A stretch of 41,512 nucleotides of DNA from Octopus bimaculoides (GCF_001194135.2 NC_068992.1:18467276-18508787), one strand, 5' to 3'. Counted from the stretch's first letter, positions 12,715-24,994 are shown. Numbers and translations: made by a program. Notes: generated from the letters alone by a model not told the origin.

Positions 12715-12930
12715 CAAAGAAAGAAAGATGGCCGATGGGAGCCACAAGAGAGCAAAGGAAGAAGAGTGAGGGACAGAGAGTGGGAGACAGAGAACGGCGA
12801 AAGGGAGAGAAACATAGAGAAAGGATAAGAGAGAAAAAAGCGAGAGGAGGAGAAGGGGAAATAAAAATAATTATAGGGAAGAGGGAAAACGAAAGAGTAA
12901 CAGAATAATGGAATAGAATAGAAAGGGTCG
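12715..12930. repeat. Purine-rich (A/G) low-complexity tract
   Basis: Strongly A/G-biased for about 200 bp; degenerate GA repeats. Confidence 0.75.
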
Positions 12931-14669
12931 CATCAGAATTATTAGGATAAAACTTACTTTGAAATGGATGCGTGGCGTTCAGTCATATAATAATATAAAT
13001 AATATAGATATATATATATATATATGTATATATACGTACGTATATGTACATACTTACATATATACATATGTAAGTATATTTTGATATTCAATATTCAATT
13101 AATATTCTTTGTGTATGCGGATTACACCGAGCTAACAAGATGCTTCAATTTAAGTAACTAATTCAACGGAATCTTAATTATGTTATATATATTTATATAT
13201 AACATATGCATATGTGGGCACAGGTGATGTACACACGTTTATAAAGTGAGTGGTACTATCGGAAAGTGGAAAGTAAAAACATACCATTGAAGGCTTCATT
13301 GGAACTATCAGCTTCTGTATCAGTTAAACTCCTCGCTAACTAAACATCACTTCAGTACCGCCCATCACTTACCAAACTTGGTCTCGAGTAAATACAGAAG
13401 AAATCAGTTTGATAATGAAACGTTGGAGCGATGCTTTTTCAAAGACAAACAGGCAAACTAACAAGTAAACAAAACCAAGTGGTGTTTCCTGTTTAAAAAT
13501 AATGTTGTAACACAACCTCACATAGAATTTTCCACTACGCAGTTGAGTTCATTCAAAATACTAAATCAGGTTCATTAATGGGCTCTGGCATTTTTAATTA
13601 ATGCATGGAGCATTATTGCAAGTTTTATTCGATTGAAAATGTATAAATTTTCAAAGCGATTAATAGAAATGAAAAAAGGGAGAATTTGTGACAAGCAGAA
13701 CTTAAATGTGATTTCGCAGCTTTCAGTATAAATATTTAAGTATTACAACACGCTGACATGGCATAATGCTCTGTTAATAGTGAGGCATTTCAAAACGGTG
13801 TTGAATTATGTTCTAGAAATTATTATTTGCTGGGGGAAATTCTTTTTGTTTTACATATCTTCAAGTGAGTTGATACTTGTATTATTTTCAGCCGTTTACG
13901 TTGAAGAGTCAGCGCAGCACACATGCCTACTTAAAACAAGAAAACACGTAATTATCACAGTTTGTATTGAATGCAATCTAACAGTGATGGAATTTTTGGT
14001 GAGAGTAACGTGTATCCGGAAAGATATTTCATCCGGCTGTTGGAACAGTATGCTGCTGAGTCGGTTAAAACGAAGATCGATAAACTATTATTGGTTAATT
14101 ATAATTCTCTTGACCATATTTTAACACGTTAGACACAATCTTTATGACACAGCGCTCGTATTTTAATCCTTAAATATTTATATTGGAATCAACGAAGTCA
14201 TATTGAAACTTGTCTTGTAATCAACGCTTCTATTTTCATTTTACATCATTTTTTGTGTTTTCTTTTCAAATAAACTTTGCAATATTGTCTTTATTCATTA
14301 ATTAAATACCTCAAAGAAAACTATGATTATCTTTTGCAGGAGCTAATTGAATGTTTTGAATAAAATCGCCTACTTTTTTGAAAACTTCTACTGGAGCTCT
14401 AATAATAAGTGAGTATTATTTTGTATAACTTTAACAACAGAGAATCTGGCGAAAGAATGGATTCACGTAATATTTACTTAATATGAAATACATTCCAGCT
14501 GTAACCATCATTTTAATCATAGAATAACGTTACTTAAGACTGGGGAAAAATTGGCTGGTATATTCAGAAAATGCGTCACAGTGTAGAAGATCCCTTCTAC
14601 GGCTTGTGTTGAGCAGTAAACCTATTGGAAATTAAATAGATTTTTGTACGATTTGAACTAGAAAGCATA

Positions 14670-14870
14670 ACTTTGCAAACAAGGACATCCATACCGCTGC
14701 GTGAATTTAACAACTGTTATGGGAACGGTCACGCATGTAGAAGCAGAAAGGGCGCCCATATACGAGGTTTGTTCGAGTTCTTCTTGACAGAAGTCTACTG
14801 GAAATGGCAGGAGAACGCGGCAATTCTCAGCCCTGCTAAAAACGATGTGTGGGGGTGTTGCTGAATAGAA
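14670..14870 (+). mobile_element. RTE-like LINE C-terminal remnant
   Basis: QLLWERSRM*KQKGRPYTRFVRVLLDRSLLEMAGE resembles the RTE motif LVLWEP.HG...RGRP..T..D.L..DTGL. Confidence 0.4.
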
Positions 14871-15119
14871 GAGTTTAGCGAGTGGAAGACTTTGATTAAG
14901 ATGTAATCCAAAGTGTTGGTACTTGTTCTCGATATCTCTGTACGAGAGGAACAGACAACTACCACCCCACACAGATCTACGCACGATAACCCCATCTCAC
15001 GCAATGCATCATAGAAAAAGGCGGGTAAAGAACCTGACATCAGCGGTGATTTGATTTATTTTAATAATCCGAAATTAATGGATTGAGCTGAGCTTCTGTA
15101 CTTGATAATTTTTGTCCCT

Positions 15120-15310
15120 CAATCTCCCTCGAAGTTTCACCCTCTCACTCTCTTTCTATCTCTGTCTTTCTCTGTCTTTCTCTCTCTCCTTATTTCTCTC
15201 TCCCTCTCTTCCTCCTTTGAAGACTCTTTCTCTCTTTCCTTCTTCTTCGATGTTACTTATTTATTTCTATCTCTCCCCCTCTCTCGATTCGTAAGCCTCT
15301 ACCTCTCCGC
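15120..15310. repeat. Pyrimidine-rich (CT) low-complexity tract
   Basis: Degenerate CT/TCT repeats; explains the S/L-rich ORFs. Confidence 0.75.
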
Positions 15311-16629
15311 GGCTGGTTTCGGTGTCTGGCCATCGGGGAGAAACATTCAATATTATGATGCTTTTGACAGTTGAATTACTACTGCGGGAGTTAGAGTCTT
15401 CGAGGGACAAGTCGCGTTCAGTATTATATGAGAGAGGTGAATTATCATGAACAAACGACGTCAGAGTAATAGTGTTGGAAAATAGAATACGTCAACGTTA
15501 TCGGCACTGTTCTGAGGGAGTGGGAAGCAGTGACGTCAAAAACTAACCAACAAAAGTAGATGGACCAGGGAATCGGCACCTGGAGTAGCAAACAGATCCA
15601 CAAAACCCGGCATCGTAGTGGGATGATGAACAGACAGATCGGTTAAACTGAAATAGGCTGTGAATTTGTTATCCCTGAAGAGAAAGACACTAGTGTCGAA
15701 CTTGTACATTGTATCCGTAATCTACTAAGCCTTGACTGTGCTGCCTTATCCTGTATAGTGACTTTCAAGCTAGACGCGGCGGTTTCTGCATATGCGCAGA
15801 AATTTAAAGTTGTCCTGCGCTGGATCTTACCGTGCTTAAGTATTTCTGACTTGTGGGTCTTACGTCAAACAGATGTTATTACATTTCGAATGGCTCCGCC
15901 TAATGCCATTGTAAAGATCACACTACCGCCTTTCTATCGCAGTTTTCCTATGTCTTGTGGCGAAAGTGCAAGAAGTTTTGTGGTGAACGCGAATGAAAGG
16001 GCTGAATACAGACACTTCTCATTTCAGTCAAGCCCTCATCAACTTCTTCAAGAGGTGGATTTTAGCATTTAGTTGACGCATTTACGCTCTGAGATCAAAT
16101 TTGATTACGGTCAATTTTGCCTTACCCGCATAGCGTAATTTAGGAAATCCCATTCCATTCTGAAAATATATGGAATCTTCGGAAATCATGTTCAAGTAAA
16201 ATTTTCTGAACTGTACAATATGGAAAAATTATTATTTATTATTTATGTTACTTTCATTATAAACAACGTCTAACCTGCTGTAGACTGGACAGACTTGATC
16301 AATAATACCTGTCTATTACAAGCTGATGATTTTACTGCACTCAAGGATTGTCTGAATCATTTCACTTCATAATATAAGAACTTGTATATTTAAGTAGCGA
16401 TCCCTCATTATAATTTCGGTAAATACGGTGAAATGTATGTATCGCAGACCAGATGAGAATAATGCCGAAACATAAAACATTGTTTTTCTTGTACTCGCTG
16501 AAGAAATGAAATTCCAATTAAACTTGAGATGAAACACATTTACTCTCACAATAATTGTCAATTAAATATTTAATGCTCTTTGCACTATGTGTACCAACAT
16601 TGAAATGACTATAAAATTATACGCCGGAA

Positions 16630-16822
16630 TGGTTGCGTAGTTAAGAAACTCGCTTTGTAACCACGTATCTTCGTGTTCAGTTCCGCTGCACAGCACCTTA
16701 ACTAAATGACTTATATTATAGGTCTGGACCTGCTAATGACTTGTCAGTGAATTTTGTACACAGGCACAGAGCTTACATATATTTATATAAGTGCTCGTGT
16801 GAGCTTGTGTGCGAGTGTCTGT

Positions 16823-16857
<35 letters not shown>

Positions 16858-17388
16858 NNNNNNNNNNNNNNNNNNNNNNNNNNNNNNNNNNNNNNNNNNN
16901 NNNNNNNNNNNNNNNNNNNNNNNNNNNNNNNNNNNNNNNNNNNNNNNNNNNNNNNNNNNNNNNNNNNNNNNNNNNNNNNNNNNNNNNNNNNNNNNNNNNN
17001 NNNNNNNNNNNNNNNNNNNNNNNNNNNNNNNNNNNNNNNNNNNNNNNNNNNNNNNNNNNNNNNNNNNNNNNNNNNNNNNNNNNNNNNNNNNNNNNNNNNN
17101 NNNNNNNNNNNNNNNNNNNNNNNNNNNNNNNNNNNNNNNNNNNNNNNNNNNNNNNNNNNNNNNNNNNNNNNNNNNNNNNNNNNNNNNNNNNNNNNNNNNN
17201 NNNNNNNNNNNNNNNNNNNNNNNNNNNNNNNNNNNNNNNNNNNNNNNNNNNNNNNNNNNNNNNNNNNNNNNNNNNNNNNNNNNNNNNNNNNNNNNNNNNN
17301 NNNNNNNNNNNNNNNNNNNNNNNNNNNNNNNNNNNNNNNNNNNNNNNNNNNNNNNNNNNNNNNNNNNNNNNNATGTGTGTGTGTGTGT

Positions 17389-17429
<41 letters not shown>

Positions 17430-17718
17430 TATGCCTATGTATGTATGCATACATGTGTATATGCATATATATGTTTGTGTGTGTGCGTGCGCGTGTGTAT
17501 GCGTGTATAAGTGTGTATCTGTGGTAATGGTTCTTTTGAACCCCCATAAAGTAGCAGCTCGGCGAAGGAAAGTGATAGAATTAATAATAGAATTTAAAAA
17601 CAAAAGCGAAAGCAAAAACAAAAGAGTACTACAGTGGGGAGGGGGTTATTTTACTAAAACACATCGAGGCAGTGCTCCAGCGCGGCCGCAATCTGATGAC
17701 TGAAACGAGTGGAAGATA
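16630..17718 (+). mobile_element. SINE family A spanning gap 16858-17372
   Basis: tRNA-like head TGGTTGCGTAGTTAAG..GTGTTCAGTTCCGCTGCACAGCACCTT before the gap; tail AGGCAGTGCTCCAGCGCGGCCGCAATCTGATGACTGAAAC after it. May be two separate partial copies. Confidence 0.65.
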
Positions 17719-17721
17719 TAA

Positions 17722-17875
17722 TATATATTTCTACTCCAGGCACAAGACCCGAAATTTTGGGGGAGGAGGCCAGTCGATTAGATCGACTCCAGTACGTAAC
17801 TAGTATTTAATTTAGTGACCTCGAAAGAATGGAAGTTAATGTCGACCTCCGCGGAATTTGATTTCTGTCAAACAC
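17722..17875 (-). mobile_element. SINE family B, tail-to-tail with the preceding family A copy
   Basis: AGGCACAAGACCCGAAATTTTGGGGGAGG..GTCGATTAGATCGACTCCAGT..GTCGACCTCCGCGGAATTTGA. Confidence 0.85.
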
Positions 17876-18424
17876 ACCACATTTTAGTACGATTGCTCAC
17901 GGTATTTCTGTCATTCCATTAAAGATTACCCAGTTTCGAATATATTAGTATAATACCAAACTAAGTCATGTGGTGATCGTTATATTCGAGGGAAATACGA
18001 AAATGATTTTCGTCATGAACTAATATTATTTTCCCACAAGGCATAATCACGAGCGGTTTTTAATAATCATCGAATTAAATATGTTAACACTAAATTACAC
18101 AGGAAAAATGAAATACTAAGATAAACATAGTCTCTATAGTAAACTGCCTGCCAAAATGTCACCTTTTGCTGTTTATTATATAAAAAACAAGCAAACAAAT
18201 ATTGAAATATTTCATTTAACATAATTGAAATTTTCGTGAAGAATATTTTCGCAAGTGTAAATTCTTTCTGTAGATTCTGCTTGGAAAATACTAATGTGAC
18301 AAATTATTCATAATAAGAGAATTATTATGAAGATATTTAGTAATTTATAATTGCAAAACATAACCTGCTATGAACTAATTTACACTTTAATGATGAATTA
18401 CATACGTAAATACATACGTCTAAA

Positions 18425-18449
18425 CATGCATATATATATAATGTATGTA

Positions 18450-18504
<55 letters not shown>

Positions 18505-18774
18505 CTGTGTGTGTATGTATATGTATATATTGAGATAGACGTCATTATGCATTTACGTAGGCATATAATGTACGTGTACATATGTGTGTGCGCGCGTGTG
18601 TGTATACCTGCACGTATAGACATATGTGTACTCTTAAGCACATATATTCAATGCTATTATTATAATATACTTCTCGTTGTATATGTTTCTACACATATAT
18701 ATATATATATATATATCTACATATGCATCATATATTATACGAATATACCTGTAGTTTCTGTACATATGTATCTA

Positions 18775-18825
<51 letters not shown>

Positions 18826-18830
18826 GCGTA
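18425..18830. repeat. Cluster of (TA)n/(TG)n microsatellites
   Basis: Several TA runs with intervening TG and TATG units. Confidence 0.9.
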
Positions 18831-20039
18831 TAAGTTTGTGTATGCTTACATCTCCATTCTGACATATATATACGTGTATGTATACATCTATTTATTCTTA
18901 CACGAAAATTACTTTATCTTTGTGCCAATAAAGTTATCTCAATAATTTCCAAGTGACAGCTAAAGTTTACGAAATGCCACCTTTCAAATTCTGCTCTGTG
19001 CAGAGAAAATAATATATTAGTGATTAAAATAAATTGAATCGCCAAAGTATTTTAATTATAGAAGTTTTGAATGACAAACAAATGTTTAATATATCACTGC
19101 CTCTAGCTTTTGTCAGATTGTTTCTATATTTAAAGAAAAATGTTGCATACACAGTGATCCTCTATCACAAATCTACCCTACGCATTAATTGCGGCATTTC
19201 TAAATGTAGGAGGGAAAAAAGCGAATCCTTTTATTCGTACTCGCTAGCTGATTCAAGTTTGGACATCACTCTACCTCTGGCATCCGCTCAAGTTTGATTC
19301 ATTTATTTCAGTCAGCTCTCATCGACTGGACTTAACTGTCTCCTAATTAGTTCTTCTACAATGTCATGCCGCATTAATTTGATTACCATCATCTAATTGA
19401 TCTATAAAATCTTCCAGAACCACCACATTTTTCATGTTTATTTCCATTAAGTACTTTCTTTAGATTTGTATGCAATAAGTCTTCTTCTCTGAAAACTGAG
19501 ACGAAATAAAAGTCGACGTACGTAAGGCTGTAATATAAAATGAAAATGGTAAGACGCAAAACTAACTTTGATAAACTCCTTCACTGCATACCCTAGCTCT
19601 GAAGCTATACACAGCCTTAGTAAAGCGGAGTTGGCACTATACCTTTATCTATATAATTTACATACATCCCTATTTACGTGCATTCACACATACATACATA
19701 CATACATACGTATGTGCATAGACACACATACATACACGCATATGTACCAATGAGCATATGGGTGCAACACAAGATCGAATAAAATAGACCTTGGCTACAA
19801 AAGAGTGAAATATCATTTAATTGGAGCGGAAAAGATTTCAATAACTGCTGCTCAAATTTTCACACGCCAACCGGATGATCGGTCACGTGAAACTAAATGA
19901 AACGGTTAGTGAAGTTTTATCAGCTTCAATAAAACGTGATATATGTGTGTGCTTGTGTCAATCAATTTATGTATGTATGTATGCATATATGTATGTATGC
20001 ATGTATGTATGAATGTATGTATGTATGTATGTTATCAAT

Positions 20040-20601
20040 CAGTTTCATTTCTGTATTTCTTGTCCATAGAGAAAGAGCCGGACTCTAACATAGATTCAAG
20101 GCTCCTTCATTGGAACTTCTATCAATATCATCTAGGTATTTGTGCATATGTGTGTGTGTGTGCAGTATTTGGTGTTAGTGTATGCGCAGATTTGTATGTT
20201 TGTATTATGGATGCGTATTTATATCTAGATGCATGCATATGTTTTTATGTGCTAAATTTTTGGAAAGTTTTACATATCTTTACAGTTCAATTGATGGCTT
20301 GAATCTGTAGTCTTCTAATCAGCCTTTTTCTTTCAGGTTTTGAGAAACCTAATTTTTCCAGGTTTTTGTTGAGGCAGTTCGTTACGTATCCCAATGCCCC
20401 AACAATCACGGGTATGAATCTGAACTTGTAGTCTGGGTGGAGTATCTGCAAATTTCTCAGTAGCTCGGCGTAGTTGTTCTCTTTTTCTCTAATCTTTAGT
20501 GGGATGTTGACATCCGCAGGACAGCTGATTTCTACTACTGTACAGAGTTTCTCTTCTCTGTCCCAGATTACTATATCCGGTCTATTATGTCTGCACTTTA
20601 T
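20040..20601 (-). mobile_element. 5'-truncated non-LTR retrotransposon of RLE type (R4/Dong-like): endonuclease end plus 3' UTR
   Basis: Coding part 20601-20245, then about 200 bp of UTR running into (CATA)n on the minus strand; the 5' junction abuts (GATA)n. Confidence 0.85.
20245..20601 (-). pseudogene. Restriction-like endonuclease (PD-(D/E)xK) domain fragment
   Basis: One frame of 119 codons: IKCRHNRPDIVIWDREEKLCTVVEISCPADVNIPLKIREKENNYAELLRNLQILHPDYKFRFIPVIVGALGYVTNCLNKNLEKLGFSKPERKRLIRRLQIQAIN*TVKICKTFQKFST*. It has the hallmark HNRPDIV, E..KY-like and PVIVGALG motifs, with a single internal TGA at 20287-20289. Confidence 0.9.
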
Positions 20602-20604
20602 ATG

Positions 20605-20649
<45 letters not shown>

Positions 20650-20738
20650 GCCTGCCTGCCTTCCTGCCTTCCTGCCTGCCTGCTTGCCTGCCTTCTTGCC
20701 TGTCTTCCTGCCTGCCTGTCTGCCTGCCTGTCTGTCTG
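20605..20738. repeat. Compound tetranucleotide microsatellite (TATC)n-(TGCC)n-(TGTC)n
   Basis: Consecutive blocks of related tetramers. Confidence 0.95.
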
Positions 20739-20994
20739 TCTGCTGTCTGTCTGTCTGACAATATTAAAGAAGGTGTCAAAGACAGATCGAGCCTAAATGC
20801 CAGAGGATGTAAGAAGTATGCGCTTGATGTGACTTGCAGTGATCAACTCACCAAATCATTATTACATGTTAAGAGAGTTAGGCCTGAGACAGCCGATCCT
20901 ATTACCAGTGAAGGCGTGTGTAAATGTGTCGGTAAAAGTTGAAGTGATGAAAAGGGTTTAGCGTCGACTGTTTCCAACGAGCTATTTTTTCAAA

Positions 20995-21520
20995 CCGCTC
21001 AAGATCTTATTGGACATCCGATCAAGTTGAACAATCTGAACTGAAACGATGTCCTTCCACACATTAAAAAAAGCATAAGTACAAACAGCATAACTTTTTT
21101 AACATTTAGCAATATTGATACTTTCTTTTCATGCCGGGCTGTGGTAATGGAAACCCACCTGTCACCATGGCTGTCCATTGTCACGCATCAAAGTTGTAGA
21201 AACACATTTTGCCACCGCTGATGGCACTTTTGTGAAAGCTTTCATTCACATTCGAGCGGTCATTTAATTCCATTTCCGGTGACAAATTTTACATTATATA
21301 GCACCATTTTCGCAATGTGATTGTTCTTTGGTGATTGTCCATTTTCAATGGTTGTTCTTCCTAATTTGAAACGCTGCTGTTACTAGCAACACTGTGTACG
21401 GCTCATGCAGTTTTGTACAAGGGTCTCTTGAAATACTAGTAAAACCTGTGTGAAAGCTTTCTCCAAATTGGATCAGAATTTGATATAAAAACATTGTTCC
21501 TTCTCAAGTGTGCAACATGA
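20995..21520 (-). pseudogene. Degraded, internally deleted mariner transposase
   Basis: EQCFYIKF*SNLEKAFTQVLLVFQETLVQNCMSRTQC**QQRFKLGRTTIEN matches the mariner N-terminus. It then jumps to NESFHKSAISGGKMCFYNFD (ITGDETWxY region) and NVKKVMLFV. Confidence 0.75.
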
Positions 21521-21684
21521 CATGTAACGTGTCTCGCCCTCATATTTGCCAATGGCCGGCTCATGTATGATGATATGAAGGTAATTTCATCAGACCAGAG
21601 TGTGAAAGAGCGAAAGCGAAAGGAGAAAGAAATAGAAGGAGAAAATAGAGAGATAGGGGAGAACAGGGGAAGAGAGTGAGAAGT

Positions 21685-21726
21685 GAGAGAGAGAGAGAGA
21701 GAGGGAGAGACAGAGAGAGAGAGAGA

Positions 21727-21798
<72 letters not shown>

Positions 21799-21802
21799 GA
21801 GA
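21685..21802. repeat. (GA)n microsatellite within a longer purine tract starting near 21600
   Basis: Long GA run. Confidence 0.97.
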
Positions 21803-21889
21803 GAAAACAACAGCAACAACAAAACAATAACATCAGCAACAAAAATTCCCAAAACAATAATGTTTTTCAAATATTGAAACAAAGCCTCC

Positions 21890-21975
21890 ATTTTCGGGGA
21901 AGGAAGTCGATTACAATGACCACGGTGCTCAACTAGTAATTATTTCCTCGACATCGGAGAGATGCTCGAGCGAAG
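21890..21975 (-). mobile_element. SINE family B fragment
   Basis: TTTTCGGGGAAGGAAGTCGATTACAATGACCACGGTGCTCAACTAGTAATTAT. Confidence 0.6.
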
Positions 21976-22524
21976 TCTTGCATTACTCTGCCCCACATAA
22001 GCCATTACAAGAACGTTATCCAAGTTTCCTGCCTTCAACTTGTTAATCTTTCTAAATGTACCTATCTTTTGTGAAACACATTAGAGTCCATAACTTCCTT
22101 TCCTACCGTAACCTTATTCCTTTAGTTGATGAAGACTTCATTAAAATCGAAATGCTTCACCTTAAAACTGTAGACCTCGTGTACCATACAGTGTTCTTTG
22201 TCATAATTACCAAGCAACAGAAACTAGTCATTTTTCTTTCGTAAATGAAGGCACTAGGTCAATGTGTATAATAGATTTTACTGACAGCTTTATACGGCTT
22301 ACACGACATAGTGTATGTTGACACGACAGTAAATCGTAGTGGATATTTGACAAGCCTACATGTGTTTTGTACAAGTTCTGTCAAAAAAAAAAAACAAAGA
22401 AAAGAAAAAGAAGGCAACATACATCACAGTGAGCATTGGAAGGTTGAGTGGAAGCTCTTCTGCAAAAATGAAATTACCAAAATTCCTCAGTACCATACTA
22501 TCATTGCAGTATTATTTTATACTC

Positions 22525-22709
22525 TCTTTTATTCTTTTCACTGCAGCTATGCTGGAGCACCGCCTTTAGTCGAACAAATCGCCCCAGGACTTATTCTTAG
22601 TTAGCCTAGCACTTATTCTACCCTCCCATTTGCCGAACCGCTAAGTTAGGGGAAGGTAAACACACCAGCATCGGTTGTCAAATGATGTTGGGTGAACAAA
22701 CACACACAC

Positions 22710-22740
<31 letters not shown>

Positions 22741-22904
22741 TGCGACGGGGTTCTGTCAGTGTCCGCCTACCAAATCCACTCACATGCTTTGGTCGGCCCG
22801 AGGCAATAGTAGAAGAAACTTGTACAAGGTTCCACGCAGTGGGACTGAACCCGGACCCATGTGGTTGGTAGGCAAGCTACTTACCACACAGCCACTCCTG
22901 CACC
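22525..22904 (-). mobile_element. SINE family A, near full length (best copy)
   Basis: Minus strand starts GGTGCAGGAGTGGCTGTGTGGTAAG (A box) ..GGGTTCAGTCCC (B box), then CCTCGGGCCGACCAAAGCATGTGAGTGGATTTGGTAGGCGGA, an internal (TG)n, and a tail AAAGGCGGTGCTCCAGCATAGCTGCAG. Confidence 0.92.
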
Positions 22905-23649
22905 AGTGTTAGACATTGAAATCATACAATTTCGTTTCTCATAATCGCCAAAATGACGGGCTTACAATATCGCATCGCTCTCTGACCATCGTTGATATGT
23001 CTGGATGTCTTACAAAAGTTTCTGATTTCTGATTGGAAATCACTGAAGGATTGAAAAGGTCAATTATGTTTAACATGGGAGCGTAGTTACCGACAATAAC
23101 TTCTAGGTTGACAAAGTCCCGAATGTAAGACCTGTGTTCTGGTTAAATAATGACGTGTTTTATTAATTTATGTTTGTTTTGTTTTGTCTTTTTTACAAAT
23201 TTCTAGTTACGGTAAAATCGATTGTTTATGATCCTGGTGTATGCTAGCTTTGTAGTTTTATATATAAGAACACACAGCGTTGAAAACACATATGCCCTCA
23301 TATAGTTATATGTGCACCTGTTTGTGTTTGCATACAATAAACAAATAGAAATAAAGGATTCTACCATAAGGTCTGGTTTATACGCACACAAATGGCTTCG
23401 GTATATATCCGAACGTATGAAGTACAAATATTAGTTTGCATTTGCAAGGTATTCTGCTATTATTTTATCGATAGTGTAGGCTTCGTATTCCTTTATGGAT
23501 ATTACATGGAAGTTTATGTTACGAAAATACATAACTAGTCTATCATAGACTATATATGCATGTGGATAAACGTAAAACTCACAGGTTAGGACACATAGAT
23601 ATAAATATATAATCATAGATATAACGCAACTGATATTAATGCAGGGTAG

Positions 23650-23708
<59 letters not shown>

Positions 23709-24339
23709 NNNNNNNNNNNNNNNNNNNNNNNNNNNNNNNNNNNNNNNNNNNNNNNNNNNNNNNNNNNNNNNNNNNNNNNNNNNNNNNNNNNNNNNNNNNN
23801 NNNNNNNNNNNNNNNNNNNNNNNNNNNNNNNNNNNNNNNNNNNNNNNNNNNNNNNNNNNNNNNNNNNNNNNNNNNNNNNNNNNNNNNNNNNNNNNNNNNN
23901 NNNNNNNNNNNNNNNNNNNNNNNNNNNNNNNNNNNNNNNNNNNNNNNNNNNNNNNNNNNNNNNNNNNNNNNNNNNNNNNNNNNNNNNNNNNNNNNNNNNN
24001 NNNNNNNNNNNNNNNNNNNNNNNNNNNNNNNNNNNNNNNNNNNNNNNNNNNNNNNNNNNNNNNNNNNNNNNNNNNNNNNNNNNNNNNNNNNNNNNNNNNN
24101 NNNNNNNNNNNNNNNNNNNNNNNNNNNNNNNNNNNNNNNNNNNNNNNNNNNNNNNNNNNNNNNNNNNNNNNNNNNNNNNNNNNNNNNNNNNNNNNNNNNN
24201 NNNNNNNNNNNNNNNNNNNNNNNNNNNNNNNNNNNNNNNNNNNNNNNNNNNNNNNNNNNNNNNNNNNNNNNNNNNNNNNNNNNNNNNNNNNNNNNNNNNN
24301 NNNNNNNNNNNNNNNNNNNNNNNNNNNNNNNNNGGGTAG

Positions 24340-24386
<47 letters not shown>

Positions 24387-24951
24387 CTAAAAAAAAAATC
24401 GCTTATAAGAGAAAATAACAACGCTGATCAATAACCGATCGTTTCATGAACCCATACCATTACATGAGCGGTGGGGTTGAAGGCTGGTGGATACTAGAAA
24501 AGAGGAGCGTGAGTGAGATATTTTTACAAACTCGAGGGAAACAAAATGTAATAGAAAAGAAGAAATCAACAGAAAAAGCAACCGAGAAAATACAGCTTTA
24601 GAACATCATATATCCAAAAGCGTCGTCACATGAGATGCATTACTGGTTGAACATATTTTAAAATAGTGATTATATTTGATTTATAGCATTTTCCAGTTGT
24701 GCAAAAGCGATATTTATAGATTAAAAACTTTAAAATGGTTTATAACTTGCTTTCATCTGTGTATATTAAATATACGATTACATGAACTTGTGTCAACGTA
24801 TAAAAATTTATCAAACATTTCCTGGCAACCTACTTTGTTTTAAAACGCATAATATTTTCATATTTATCTACACACATACTCACGCGCTCACACGCACATA
24901 CACACATATGCATATACATGTATATTTATGTACGTATATATTTATATATGC

Positions 24952-24994
<43 letters not shown>

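Noticed and set aside
15758-16072. 104-aa ORF or Tc1-like fragment
   Set aside because: No domain motif in any of the frames I read.
19180-19480. CARD/death-fold-like translation on the minus strand (DIVEELIRRQLS..ADARGRVMSKLE..PQL)
   Set aside because: Four stops in about 70 codons is the random expectation; the resemblance is subjective. A Pfam CARD HMM search would settle it.
22850-22904. tRNA gene
   Set aside because: A and B boxes are present but continue into a SINE body; no acceptor stem or full cloverleaf. The same applies to the other SINE heads.
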